Origin: Octopus bimaculoides
Lineage: Eukaryota
Reading direction: 5' to 3'
Length of the DNA stretch: 64,000 bases
NCBI RefSeq assembly: GCF_001194135.2
Contig: NC_068994.1
Location: 36,371,767 to 36,435,766 of the forward strand
Shown here: in pieces, positions 13,500-26,904 of the stretch
Position numbering within the stretch: the first letter of the stretch is position 1
Layout of the letters: the number at the start of each line of letters is the position of its first letter
Notes under the pieces: model-generated
Databases searched by the model: none
What the model saw: the letters and a program-made list of their open reading frames with translations, nothing else
Told to the model about the DNA's origin: nothing
Translations under genes and position numbers: made by a program

Positions 13500-16400
13500 G
13501 AGGACTACACATGGGTTGGGATTATCATCTCATTACATCATTAGAAATGGTACATGTCTCCTGTTTATTTCATGGACATTGTTCTAATATTACCATATCA
13601 CAACCTTTTATTCCATGAAAATAAAATATTTTGTAAATCTATGAGACACCAATCCCTTGTTATCTATCTCTAATCAATCTCTACTGTTTGCTGTTCTCGT
13701 CATATTCTATAGTTTAACTTCAATGTATACGTTGAAGTTAAATTCATTCTCCTCACTATTGAACTAATTTACCTGAATTTCAGTTACAAAACTGACAATC
13801 ACTTAGGTTCAGAATTTTTTGTCTTTATTTCTGTAAGTTCATCTGCTATCTCTATCAATATTTAGATTCACCTAACCATCAATAGTATTTTTCTGCTGTC
13901 TCCCATACAATTGTCATTTATTTTAATGTTCATGATTATTGTTTCTCATACTCCCTATACAAATACTACTGATGCTGTAACCAAGTCTTAAACCATTCTT
14001 AACTATCTGTGTCAGTATCATCACCTGCCCATATGAATGAAAAAACACCTTCAACTTCATTTTTGCTTTTAAATCTAGTTTTTAGCCAAACATTATCACA
14101 TCTAAACATATTGAATCATCTGAACATTGACTAATCATACCAGCATACAACAGAATCTCATACTGTGCAATACCACTCATCTCTGAATCCTTTGGTACTT
14201 GAGCTCTGCTAGTTCTGTACTGACTACTGGCAGCAAATATTCCTCACTCTGACTACTATTCCATCTAAACTGTGCACTTGTACATGCATGTGCACATGTT
14301 TCACAACTAGGTAAAGGAAAATGTGCACACACTAGGTTTTCAAGATGAAATAGGATTTTTTTTAATTGAGGAAACTTGAGCAATGGTTATTTATATGGAT
14401 ACACACATTGCAAAGACAAAATTTGCAGACAATGTCAGTTTCTTCATACACCCCAAAAATTAGAGAAAACATTGCTCTTTACTCATCTGAAACAGCACAC
14501 TGGTCAATAGATTCTTACTAGGTACATTACTACACATTTTTGTGCAACCAAAACCCATCACCTAACTTCTAACTGATCACCTTTTTCTGCACTGATGCCT
14601 GCAAGCAACTTCCAGAAAAAGTATAAAAATTGCCTTCTTACAGCACACAGAACAGCCTTCAAGCTTTCCCACCTCTCAGAATGTAACCAAACCTTCTAGC
14701 GTCTTACTAAGAGAGTTTCTATCAACTTTACATAAGTCTCTTCCTACCACTCTGACTTTAATCAAGACGGTATTGTTAACCTCACTCCAACTCAGAAAGC
14801 CTTCACTTTCCTTTTCACTCTACACAAAACTCATTAAACTCTTCCAAACTTTTAATCCATATCATTCTTACCACCAAGTGTAAAATTTGTCTTGTGATAC
14901 AAGACCTCTTGATTTTAAATTAAAATCATTCATCAAATACCAATTTAATATATAGATTAGTTAAAAATGTTAGCTACCTTTATAAAACCCTTCAAATTGT
15001 TAATGATTTCAAATGTAAACAAAGAACAGAAATAGTGTATTTCATTAATAATATAATATAGGGGTTAAACCATTTATTAAGCATGCCACATTCTTTACAC
15101 AAAGTTCATAAACTTGCTCCAAGCAGAACTGCAGTGTTGAAGAACAGGCAAAAACACAACCCACAATACATTGCAAAAAAAAGGAAAAAAAAATCCCCCC
15201 ACCTCCACTACATGGTAGAAAGCATGATACACTTAATCTGTTACCCAATTTAGCACTTGGATGACTTTGGGTCCTCTCCATTGCATTTAAGCCAAGTCTC
15301 TTGTCTGGGCATAATTTTTTGCCTTCTTCCCATTAGCTTCAGTAGCCCTCAAAAAGCTCATGGACACATCCCTTGCTTCTCAGACTTAGCTATAACATTT
15401 TTTCACAACTAATTTCGAGCAAACAAAAGCAAAAACAACACTTCCATTTACTTCAAACATAAATATCTACCAGCCTTTACAATACTTCTTCTAATACAAT
15501 TAAACTGTGTGCCACTTATTCAGCCTCTTATCCACCAAACTCTTTGAACTTTCTATCTCTACAGGTATCTCTCTTGATCTGTGGAAACATGCTACTGTGT
15601 GTCCTAAATTTTCTGACCTTGCCAACTATCAACCCATTAGCCTCCCTTCTGACACCACAAAGGTAGTGGTAATGACTATTACCACTTACCTTCTTCAAAA
15701 CTTCTTTTCTATTTCGTTAGTTGGTGAACACTAGAATAGCATTCATAAATCCAGATCTATTAGTAACCTGAGCACCTATGTCTCTTCCCAGTAGGCTGCC
15801 ATCCTTGAAAACTTGGTTGACAACAATGTTGAACCTGAAATTAGAGACTTTGACGGTGTTTGGCAGGTGAATACAAGGTAGCATCAAGAAGCTCCCAGAC
15901 TACTTCTGTGGCACTCCAACAGATGGCAGCACATGGTTGCATGTGCAGTGAGAGCTAGCAGTGACCTTTGTGAGGCAGTGTGTTGAGTGACAGTGCTGTC
16001 TTTACTTGGCAAGTTGTTAAGTTTGTGCTTTTGTGACCACATGTGTGCTGTAGTCTGCAATTTTGTCATGGACAGGAAATTCGAACAAAGAGCCAATGTG
16101 AAATTTTGCATTGAACTTGCGAAGACTGCTTCAACAAGCTTATAGCGATGAGACAATGGGTTGTATGCAATATTTTGAGTGGCATGGGTGCTTCAAAAGC
16201 AGAAGAATGTCACTGGAAGATGATGAGTGATTTGGAAGAACCACCATGAGTGTCACCCATGGAAATGGAGAGAAAATTCACCAGCTTGTGCATGAGATTG
16301 TTGGAGGACAATCAATGACATTGCTGATGTTGTTGGTCTGTCGTATGGGTCTATGCAGGCAATCCTAACATCTGAATTGAACGTGGCATGACTCTGTCAA

Positions 16401-17460
16401 GTTTATCCCCCACCTGCTGACCACAGAGCAGAAGGAACATCACATCAAAGTCAGTCACGATCTCCATCAGTGTGCTGCTGATGACCCATCCTTCATGTCA
16501 AAGGTCATCAGTGGTGATGAGAGTTGGGTCTACAGGCACACCCTGAGAAGAAGCAGTAGTCGTCACAATGGATGAGGTCTTCATCTCCATGACCAAAGAA
16601 GGCATGGCAGAGCTGCAGCTCAACCAAGAGCATGCTTATCATATATTTCGACATCTGTGGTGTTGTGCACCCACCCTATTCACCAGATTTAGAACCTGTG
16701 GACTTCCATCTCTTCCCCAAGATGAAAATGTAGCTCAAAGGTTGCTGTTTTAACACTGTTGTTGAGATCAAGAGAGAATTGTAGGTTCTTGACACGCTTA
16801 TAGAAAATGACTTCCAGGCCAGATTCCAAGAGTGACAGGAATGCTGGGACTGGTGTATTGCTGCATCAGGTGACTATTTCAAAGGAGATGATGTTAAAAC
16901 TTAGGAAAAAAAGTTATTTTTTATCAAATATAACTAGTCTGGAAACTTTTTGATACCACCTGGTTCAGCTGTCCACCTATGGGCTTCATCTAGTTCCCAT
17001 CTCCTGGATTGAGAGCTTCATATCAGATTGATCTATTTTGATATGTACTAACAAGTTTTTTTTTGACATGTGCACACTATCAAAACTGATGTGCTCCATA
17101 TAGTTTTTCCTGTCTGTTTATGACCTAATTACTGTCATCTCTAAGAATATACAGTCCTATGCAGTTTATATCCCTCATCACTACTTAAACTTTCAGACAC
17201 AAGCTTTATCCATATGCAACCTAGACACCTCATGTATGGAAACCTTGACACAAAGCTACAATCAATGTATATATGAACAGTCTTGTATCATGGTGCTCCT
17301 TCACTTATTGGACAACACACAGCTTATACCCATATGATCTTTCTTGCAACCCTTCAAATGATCACATGGTTGAAACTGTATCTCCAGGATTAAAGCTGCA
17401 GCCATAGACTAGCAGATGTTTAAATTGATGATTAACTGTATCAATCTGACCAGTCATAGA
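13500..17460 (+). mobile_element. decayed CR1/Jockey-group LINE interrupted by a mariner
   Basis: KLFELSISTGISLDLWKHATVCPKFSDLANYQPISL (ORF 15507-15734) matches the pre-RT pattern WK.A.V.P....NY.PISL. DFDGVWQ at ~15846 resembles AFDRVWH. QLSTYGL...WIESFISD resumes at ~16966 and resembles KL.SYG...WI.SFLS. Outer boundaries are approximate. Confidence 0.7.
15874..16963 (+). mobile_element. mariner DNA transposon, internally deleted and defective
   Basis: 29-bp imperfect TIRs (CAAGGTAGCATCAAGAAGCTCCCAGACTA versus reverse complement CCAGGTGGTATCAAAAAGTTTCCAGACTA, 6 mismatches) and a 5' TA. Transposase pieces: MDRKFEQRANVKFCIEL (ATG 16068), VISGDESWVY (~16504-16533), YSPDLEPVDFHLFPKMK (16677 onward). 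Confidence 0.93.
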
Positions 17461-17974
17461 GCATGATAAAATGCAACTATTCCATGATGTAAAACGGTTA
17501 GTGATATGAATGGCATCTAGCTATAAAAGACATGTCATAAGGAAAAAAAGAACATGTTATGCAGCAACAAACCGATAGTTTCCTTTTTAATGTAACTTAA
17601 TATGAAACAAATGTATAATCCTGTTGTTGATGATGATGATAAAAGCTATGTACAATAAGTTTATATCATCGTCATTGTTTTAATGTCTACTTTTTCAAGC
17701 TTGTATCGATCAAACGGGAGTATATTGGAACAGAGTTTTCTGCAGCTGAATACCCTTCCTACTGCCAACTCCACTGATTTTCAAGTGAGGTAATAATCTC
17801 TCATTCTATAGAGAAACAGACAAACCACCCAGACATGTGTATGTGAACTGGAAGAAATGATACTGGATGAACAAGTCTTTTGTTTACAAAGATCACAAAA
17901 CATGTCAATATGATTGAAGGAGCTTTTGTAGTGGACAGAAAGCAAATGATACTGAGTAAAACCGTTATTTAGTC

Positions 17975-18160
17975 AGCTAACAAATACATGTCGACAAAGA
18001 AATACTCACTTTCTCACTTGCCTGCTCGCCCGAATGCCCGCCCTCTCGTAGGACTGAACCCAAAACCATATGGTTGGAAACCAAACTTTTTAATTCTTCC
18101 CCCATGTCTGCACCTGTGTACACATACATACTTACATATGTACATACATATGTGTGTGTG
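17975..18160 (-). mobile_element. partial tRNA-head SINE (family of the 52963 copy)
   Basis: GGACTGAACCCAAAACCATATGGTTGGAAACCAAACTT matches the reverse complement of the head of the 52963 copy. Confidence 0.6.
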
Positions 18161-20349
18161 TGTGAAATTTTTTACATCATGGGGATATCTTAAATTGTAA
18201 TTCAAAGCTCATATCTTTCTATGGATATATGACTTCATATTTATTTTAAAATGACAGAAGCAGAGGCAGGAAACACATTTTGCTTAGTACATTCAACCTA
18301 TTTCCATCACACCTAGTGATGAAGGAAATATAACCTTGACCCTTAAAAAGCAACAATTTTTAAAGAAGTTTAACTCTTGTCTCATAAACCATAATTCTTA
18401 CCATTACAATAATACCAGTACAATAATGTTACAGGTTTTAAAGACACTGGAGTTGCCATAAATTTGAATCAAAATATGTTACAACCAGCCGAAATGTTAT
18501 AAAATCTCAAAATACTTTGGTTGGTCTTTATAAATTCTACTTCTGCACATTCTGCTTCTACAATGCTTGAGTATATAACATCAGCAAACTTATTTTGCAG
18601 ATCTTTCTATGCCTGCATGAGATGGCATAGTGTATGTATAATTCATCTACACATTTTCATTTCAAGCATGGACACATTCATATCCAACAAAATTTATGCA
18701 CAAATTGCTGTGTAGTTAAGTAGCTCATTTTGCAACCATGCATTTTTGGTTTCAGTCTTAGTGCATGGTACCTTGGGCTGTGCATTTTAAATGAATTTGG
18801 TAAGCAGAAAATGTATGATGGTCTGTCGTATACATTCATACATATGCATGTGTTTGTGTGTATGCATGTATGTGTGTGTGTGCACGCGCCCGCACGCTGT
18901 ACTTTATATGAATAAGCATTGATTTACAACTAGTGATGTTTTTTGTTGTTTAGTGTCAATAAATTATCCACTGCTTTTGTGCTTCCAAAGGCCATTCCAG
19001 CTATCAGTGTGCCTACCCCCCATATTTGTTGTTAATATAATGCAACAAGAAGAATTTGTATTGTGGTTTCTTGCCTATAAAGAGTTTAGCTAAGGATCCT
19101 CTTGAACACAGTCCACATCCACTTGTCTCCACTCCAGCATTTCCACATTTTCAGTATCATTATAGCTCAAATTACATAAAACTATAAAGAGAATTTTTTA
19201 TTCTTTGAAACAAATTAGTTTAAACATGCAGTTATTTACAGTATCAGTAATACTGTTAATTATTAATACTGCTATTATTGACTATCTTAATAAAGTCACA
19301 AAAGCAGATGTTACTTAATCTATGAACAATTTAGGAAACACATGTTTTACCTATATTATATCATAGAATGATCATTGCGTTATTAAGAAATACATGTACT
19401 GGTTCCATTTCACTTCTTTCATTGATCAGCAAGTTAAACATTTAACCAATTAACTAATTGATTGCTCAATTTATTGTTCAGCCAATCAATCAATGACATG
19501 CCTTTACTATTCCACGTCTGTCTGTCTCCTAGTTTTCAGATGCTATTGACTTTCTGTAATCGAAGAACAGAAAAAATGATCACTATCAACATTCTAAGTC
19601 ATATTTGACAGAAACACCACATGCAAATTACTGACACTATTATAAAATACTGACTAAAGTTGTTTACTCTAGTAAGTGATATTGTGCATAAGAATCATAC
19701 ATTCTCTAAAATCCTGCATTCAGGTTTTTCAGAAACATGCAACATACTTGCATTTAGTCACTTGGGAATTTGATGTCATCAGGTAACCTCTCTAAAGGGT
19801 CTAATGTTAGTAAAATATGAATGAAGTTATATAAAATGATTACCAGACTAAGTACTGAGGTCGATCTAATTGGCTAAAGCCATCTGAGGTTGTGTTCCAG
19901 CATAGTAGCAGTTCAATGACTGAAATACCTAGATTATTCAGATTCTTGAATGGAGATGACATAGCTTTATATATTTATGGTTTTATAGATATTTGTATAT
20001 CAGTTTATCTTTAAATGTGAATAAATATGTATTTTCATTTGTTGCTGATGCTAGTGGCTTTAATATAAATTAGGCATGCAAGGTTTTAGGATGTCTATGA
20101 ATATATGTATTTGTGTATGTGTATGTGTGTGCATGCGTGCGTCTTTCTGTCGGTCTTTTAACGTTTAATTGTTTCAGTCATTAGACTGTAGTCACGCAGG
20201 GACAGCACCAGTGGCCTGGGAACAAAATTTGCTTAGTGGGTGCAACCTCAGGTCCAAAATATTTTACAAAGCTGATTTTAAAAAAAGATCTTAATATCAA
20301 AACAAACACAGGTATAATAATATTTTTTATTATTATACAAGGAAAAGTA

Positions 20350-21330
20350 ATGCTTCAAATCACTCCAATAATTTTTCTATACTTGCTCATTTTGCTGATG
20401 AAGTTTTCCAAGAGGATGTCTAAAGTCTTTTCATTGCACAAGATTTTATGTACATGCCATTACAGCACAGTGTGTCAGATGATATTACAGCATAATTTTG
20501 AGACCAGCTCAATGTTTTAGCAACAAAAACATCCAGAATAATCTCAGTTAGTATCTCCAAAGTGTGGTCAAGAGAAAATCTTTGTGGACATCCTGGTGTT
20601 CAGAAACATAACAACAATAACTGATTCATGTTCCATGTCAGAGCAATCACATATTATACCAATAAACATGGAATCTTCGAACTTTTTTCTGATCCTATGT
20701 AGGGTGTTATAAGCATATGCCTCTAAGATTTCATTTTGTATGGTATTAGATAGGAATTTAACTTGTCATTTAGGCCACTGACTTACTCTGCACCATATTC
20801 TTTGGCAAGTTCTTCTATGAGGTTTACAAAGTTTCCTGTGATGCATGTTAACTTTCTCTTCAAAGATGGAACTAGAAATTTCTTTTATCTTTTACTGAAG
20901 ATGTTCCTTGATCCTTCAACAATGGAACTGTGAACTGCTATTATTTTTTACTAAGGATTTCCTTAATTCTCTGCTCATGGAAGTGCCAACTGCTATTATT
21001 TTTCATTAAGTGTGTTCTTTAATTTTTCTATGAACTGGTAACTACTAATATCCTTTTGTATTGGGAATAGGGAATAGCAACAGATTTTAGGATTCCAGGT
21101 TACATGTGTAGAAGTTTTTGAGTGTGATTTAGCATTTAGTAGTTGTAAGATGAGTGGTTTGTTATTGGCTGGTATTTTTTGTATGAATTGTGCATCCTGT
21201 CCCAGGAAAATAGGTGAAGCTACAGTCATTGCATATGCACAGTCTCTTGCGTTGAGAATAGTGGCATATTCTAGGGTTTCATGTGTTCATGATTTTACTT
21301 TATTTACAGTTGGCAAATTTATCATGGAGC
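20350..21330 (+). mobile_element. possible decayed Penelope-like element (RT C-terminus and GIY-YIG)
   Basis: IFVDILVFRN (~20578) resembles the PLE motif FLDVLI.R. AGIFCMNCASCPRKIGEAT...LALR (ORF 21150-21353) resembles GIY-YIG G.VY.I.C..C...YIGET...L..R. Highly degenerate. Confidence 0.45.
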
Positions 21331-21989
21331 TGTTAGGTATACATTCAGATTGAAGTGGATTGTGGGGAGCAGGGTGAAAGGAGTGGTTCTTCACTAATTG
21401 GAGTAGTAATAGTGGTAATGGCAGTAGCAGTACAACAGGATGACAATGATGATGATGATGGATCTCTTGTGTTATTCTAAGAAGAATTTGAGTGGCCTGA
21501 CTGAGGAGAAGAGCTAGAGATTGTGTTGTTTAATAGGTCATCAATTGTTCCAGTATTGATGAGTGACTGCCAATGCCGATCATGTTGTTCCTATTGTCTA
21601 GTTGTGGTAAGGGTAATAGCAGTAGAACATAATGACAAGATGATGGAAGAGAAAGTGGATAGCTACATAGGGAAGGACTTTTAATTGTGGAGTCTAATAT
21701 TTCTTTACTTGTGTTAGTATTGAGGAGTGGCCTTGGTTTTTGTTGTTTTGTTGTTATATTGTTGTTATACAATCACACATATATATGTAATTTAATTTCA
21801 TTTTTCAATGTTGAGGATGCTTTAGCTCAGTAATATATCTTTCTAGGGATTTTGGTGGGGGTTTCTTTTCATTTATTCTAGTTCTTTGTTCTTATTTTTT
21901 CTAAGCCTAGGGAAGGTAAGTAGGATGTGCAGTATTGAATTTTGCACCCCAACAAAATTTAGGGGGTGCAAATGCACTCCATCCATCCC

Positions 21990-22350
21990 CTGTTCCCAGG
22001 CCCTTAGGCTTCACCTTGTAGAATTTTGGCTAAATGAATCAACCACAGTATTTCTTTTCTTTTTAAACCTGGTATTTATTCTATCAGTCTTCTGCTGAAC
22101 TGCTAAGTTACAGGACACAAACACATCAACACAAGTTGTCAAACAGTGGTTGGAGACAAACAAAATGACAAAGACATACATACATATATATATATGACAG
22201 GTTTCTCTCAGATTCCATTTACATAATCTTCTCACGTGGCTTTAATTGACTTGAGGCTATAGTAGAAAACACTTGCCCAAAGTGCCATTCAATGTGACTG
22301 TACCCAGAACCATGTGGAGGGAAACCAAACTTCATACCACGCAGCCATAC
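21990..22350 (-). mobile_element. tRNA-head SINE with internal (TA)/(TG) tract
   Basis: Reverse-complement match along its length to the 52963-53318 copy (CACTTGCCCAAAGTGCCA, GCTATAGTAGAA, CTGAACTGCTAAGTTAC). Confidence 0.88.
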
Positions 22351-22375
22351 TAGCACTTATATATATAAATATATA

Positions 22376-22526
22376 CAGTAGTACCTTGGTTTTCAAACAC
22401 TTCAGATCAGGAATAAATCGTGTTTTATCTCCTGTCATTCTCATATTCATTTAATACAGCAGTACCTCAGTTTTCGAACACCTCTGATCAAGAATAAATC
22501 GTGCTTTATATATATAGGTACTACTG
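22376..22526. mobile_element. pogo/Tigger-like MITE
   Basis: Perfect 11-bp TIR CAGTAGTACCT...AGGTACTACTG preceded by TA. A second left-end copy starts at 22457. Confidence 0.7.
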
Positions 22527-22530
22527 TGTG

Positions 22531-22565
<35 letters not shown>

Positions 22566-22903
22566 ATGCATATACACACACATTTATGCATGTTATGTAT
22601 GAAAGTTTATTTACATAATTCTTTATATGTGTACGTGGTTTCAATTAAAATTTTCTCTAGAACTTTGAGATAGCACAGTGCTTACCAAGCAGTAATTTCT
22701 GAGACATTATTTGTGTCTACTCTTCCCAGGATAATGTGGTTGACGTTATGACCAAAGAAAATGTAGGGTTATAAGTTCTTTCTTATTGTGCTCATTGAGG
22801 AATATTTGATTTCACTAGTATTGGCACTCAAGAAAATGCATTCAGTACTGTACTAGTACGCTGGCATTCCACTGAAAATCAATGTTACATTCCTTGGTAC
22901 ACC

Positions 22904-23584
22904 TACACATGTATCCCATCGAATTTCTTTCCTCATAACTTCCAGAAGAATGGATATTTTTTAATGAAATTTTCTACAAATATGTTTAAGATGGTGTAAA
23001 TTGTAATTATATCAAAATATTTTTCCTGGGTGGGTAGAGGGGTCACAGAAAATTCATGCAAATTGCCTTTGTTTCCTTATAACTTTCAGAAAAATGTACG
23101 TTCTCCACAAATACCTTTCAGAGTGTGTAGATCAAGATTACATCAAAATTTCATGTGAAGAAAGAAAAAAAAAATTGGTGGACGTACACATCATACATAT
23201 TGACACATCACATTCATCAACAAAATGAAACTTGAAATTTCAAAAACAATTGTGATGTGTGTCAGTATGTACGTGAGTGTGCTCATCAGTTTCCTTTTCA
23301 TATCAAACTGTGATATAATCGTAATTTACACACTCTGAAAGATACTTGTTAAAAATTTCATTTAAGAATACCCATTTTCTCCGAAATTCATGATGAAACA
23401 AAACTTACTTGTGTGAATTTTCTTAAACTCCTTTCTCTGCCCTTCAGAAAAATGTTTTTCACAACACATTGTGAAACAATCTGAATCTACACCATCTGAA
23501 GCATATTTGTAGAAAATTCATTGAAAAAATACCTAATTTTCTGGAAGTTGTAAGAAAACAAATTTGCTGGGGTATATTTGTGTA
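22904..23584. mobile_element. foldback element (imperfect ~680-bp palindrome)
   Basis: Three nested pairs of inverted arms, for example ATAACTTCCAGAAGAATGGATATT...AGATGGTGTAAATT versus AATCTACACCATCT...TTTTCTGGAAGTTGT. Centred near the perfect palindrome TTGAAATTTCAA (23232-23243). Confidence 0.8.
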
Positions 23585-24154
23585 CATATACCCATTGCTT
23601 TAACATAAGTAATACTAAAATTACACTGCTATTGAGTATCTATATATACGTTTGCTTCATTTCACTAAGCGATATTTGCTTATGTAACTGCATGTAATAT
23701 ATAAACAAACAACGCACTTCTTTTGTTTGGTCTGCATCAAAAGGGTGACAATAATGTGAATGAGATGGGCTCAAGTTTTCACTACATATAAATGTAACTG
23801 GGATAACTGTATTTACAATGATTTTGTGTTTAGTAACAAATACAAACTGTATTAAAAATGCATTGGAGTGTGTGTACATATATAAATTTATTGGCAGTAT
23901 TTAGGTAGTAATTTTTCTTTGCTTTATAAATGCATGTTCTTTTAACATAATTGCACATTTCATCTTATTTAACATTTTCACAACTGACATTTGAGCTTTG
24001 TTCATGTTGCATGTCTTGCCAGCATTCTTCCCACAAACATGCCATATGTGTACTTATGCATTTACACAATAAGTATATATAATACAATGATATCAAATCA
24101 TTGTAAAACATGCTATCTTAAAGATACCATGTTTGCACTAGAGAATATATCATC

Positions 24155-24480
24155 ATCATCCTTTAATGTCTGTTTCCCATGCTGGCATGGGTTGGATGGC
24201 TTGACAGGAACTGGTAAGACCAGGAGCCGTATCAGGTTCCATAGTCTGTTATAGCTTGGTTTCTATGGCTGGGTGCCCTTCCTAACACCAACCATTCTAC
24301 AAGTGTACTGAGTGCTTTTTATGTGGCCCCATCACATGTGCTTTTACCATACTACTTTGGTTTTAAGATCTCAATTCTGTTATGGCAGATGGGTCTTCTA
24401 AAGTACAGAATTATGTTACATATCTTGGTCCTCTGCCATCTCCATTGTAAGGTTCAGCATTTTGAAGGCTGCTCCCAAAA
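24155..24480 (-). mobile_element. SINE with RTE-like (GAT)n 3' end
   Basis: CATCATCATCCTTTAATGTCTGTTTCCCATGCTGGCATGGGTTGGATG...GCCCTTCCTAACACCAACC. Homologues at ~17655, ~38520, 62295, ~63165 (same orientation) and ~26905, ~48150 (opposite orientation). Confidence 0.8.
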
Positions 24481-25714
24481 CAATGAACCTTATGAAGGAG
24501 ATGGGTAAATAGGACCAGGTCAGTGAAGTTTAATGCTTGTTAACTATTTCCATGCATACACTCACACATTTATGTATGTATCAACAGGCAATGACTTAAA
24601 TTAGAATTCATAGATGTAAAATCAGGCCTGATCCTTCAGATGCTTTTGACTGAGTATGAGGGAACCTTCAAGTTCTGAAGAAGGCTGAGATTCATTGGAT
24701 GATATATAAAGTTTGTTCCTATATGTCAGTTTGTGTTGTGTTGAACTCAATATTTGGATATTTGATAGATGATAGTGAAGCATTTTGATGCCTGCTGAAT
24801 ACAAAACATCTCTCATGTAGCAGATAAGAGTAGTCTCCCTTGCTTTCGCTAGAAATTCCTGAAGAATTTTGGTAAAAATTAGGAGACAGTGCTATCAATT
24901 GATGACTTCAAATGAGCTAATAGGAAGATCTGTTGATGTTATCAGCATGAAAGTTTAGTCTTATTAAATAATAAATGGGACTGTTTCAATATGTTTCACT
25001 CAGAGACAAAGATGTTAGTTACCTAAATGTGGTATGTTTCAGTTATGTTGTGCTGGTCATTTTCTTCTTCTTGAAGTCTTAGGATGAAGCAAAGCATGAA
25101 GCAGCATTTTCCCCGTCACTGGATCTGAAGATTTACATATGTTGAATGAACCTAACTCTTGAAATTATTGACTGTAAGTTCTTGTAACTTTGAATGTTGT
25201 TGTGTAATTTTGAATGTTGAGTAAAGTTGGCCTCTCTGAACCTCGAATTTGAAAGAGTGAATTTCTTCAGAGGACATGTTAATTTTGGCGGCAGTAGGTA
25301 GTTGCCTGAGATAGAGGATGTATAAGTGTATGCTTTTTTCTATATTCATATCTGATGTTGAAAGTTACTTTGATTGTTCAGTAATTTTCAGCACAAGATA
25401 AAGAAAAAAAAAAACAACTCATGACATTATTCCAATTGATATTATTCATTATCAACCTTATTTTGGATAGCATGATGAAAATATTTCTGAGTTTTGCTTC
25501 ATAATGCAGATTAAGGTTATTCTGCATATTGAACATGAGTATGTGGTGCAGTGATCATGAGCAAGTTTTGACTGACAAGAGAGGAGTGGATTTTTTCATT
25601 CATTGAACTAAAACAAATAAATACAAATATGATGTTTCATTCTTAAAGGGTTTCATAACTTGTCTCTGCACCCTTGAAGGTGTGTCTCTGAAAAATTTTA
25701 TAAAGTGGGTTCGG

Positions 25715-25768
25715 TTGTGGTTATGCCTGCCATTGTGGTTATGCCTGCCATTGTGGTTATGCCTGCCA
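25715..25768. repeat. 18-bp minisatellite, 3 exact copies
   Basis: TTGTGGTTATGCCTGCCA repeated three times. Confidence 0.95.
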
Positions 25769-26113
25769 TTTGTTAATTTGGACAATTGGTTAAAATGGAC
25801 ACCCCTTCCCCTCATTAATATTGTTAAATGAAAACTCACTGTACTTGCATGTGCATGCATACGCATGTACATGCATACGTTTCTGATGCATAATAAATGA
25901 GAACAGTTGTATAAAGAAGTGGTGATCACTTAATGTGGATGGAGCTTACTGAAGATAGGGGCCCAGGAAAACATGACATGAGACACAGTTGTGAAACTGA
26001 TTTCAAGATCTCGAACCTCATGAAGGTGAAGACAACATCTTTGGGATGACTGGCAAGTTGTGGTTCTTAGTAAGACCTGCCTACTTTGGCAAAACTAAGT
26101 TCTGGTAGCATTC

Positions 26114-26156
<43 letters not shown>

Positions 26157-26904
26157 GCATAACTAGACCCTTAGCCCATTTTTCTCCCTCTTGAAGACAC
26201 TTCCACCACCTATCATCTCTCTAACTGTAGTTTTTTCCTTGATAAGACTAACTATCCAGAATCATTTCATTCGTTATCCATCTTTCAGCCATTAATAGAA
26301 TTCTCTCTACCCACACTCTAATTGGTCACCTACCACCAGCTACCAGATTATCTTTGCTCCATCACCCCCATACACCTCTCCCCACATGCACCACACTTGC
26401 CTCTCTCTTATTCCCCTCACACTTCTGCAACTTACCCATCCACATGTCATCTCTCTCTTGTTTTCTCTATCAATTTTACTATTCTGCTACTTTGCACTAT
26501 CAATCATCTCCTACTCTCCCTATTTCCCCAAACTTATGCATCATTGGTGATCCGCTTTTCACTACATTCACCCTTCAATCTTATCCTTATCTTTACAGTG
26601 GTCAACTACCTCCCTTCCTCCATTCTTTTTCTCTGCCTTCCCAGCTCTCTTGCAACCTCCACCTACCCACAGTTCCGACATCGCTTTCCCATTCATTTCT
26701 GTCCACATTGTAACTTGGGGGTGCACTCTAACACCTCATCATAACAATTTATATTTTTTAGCTCCACCTGATTTCTCCCACTTTCAATTCTAAAAAGTAA
26801 TTTGACTGTAAGAGACCTGTTCTGCTCTGACTCCTTCTTTCATACTTTTACCCCTCACTTCCTAGCATTAAGCAATCTCCTCAGGTTCATAGTCTTGAAA
26901 GCTA

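Noticed and set aside
22686-22872. Good minus-strand acceptor and donor pair
   Set aside because: Stops in all three frames.
26322-26744. 140-aa and 119-aa plus-strand ORFs
   Set aside because: Pyrimidine-rich low-complexity DNA that lacks stops for compositional reasons.
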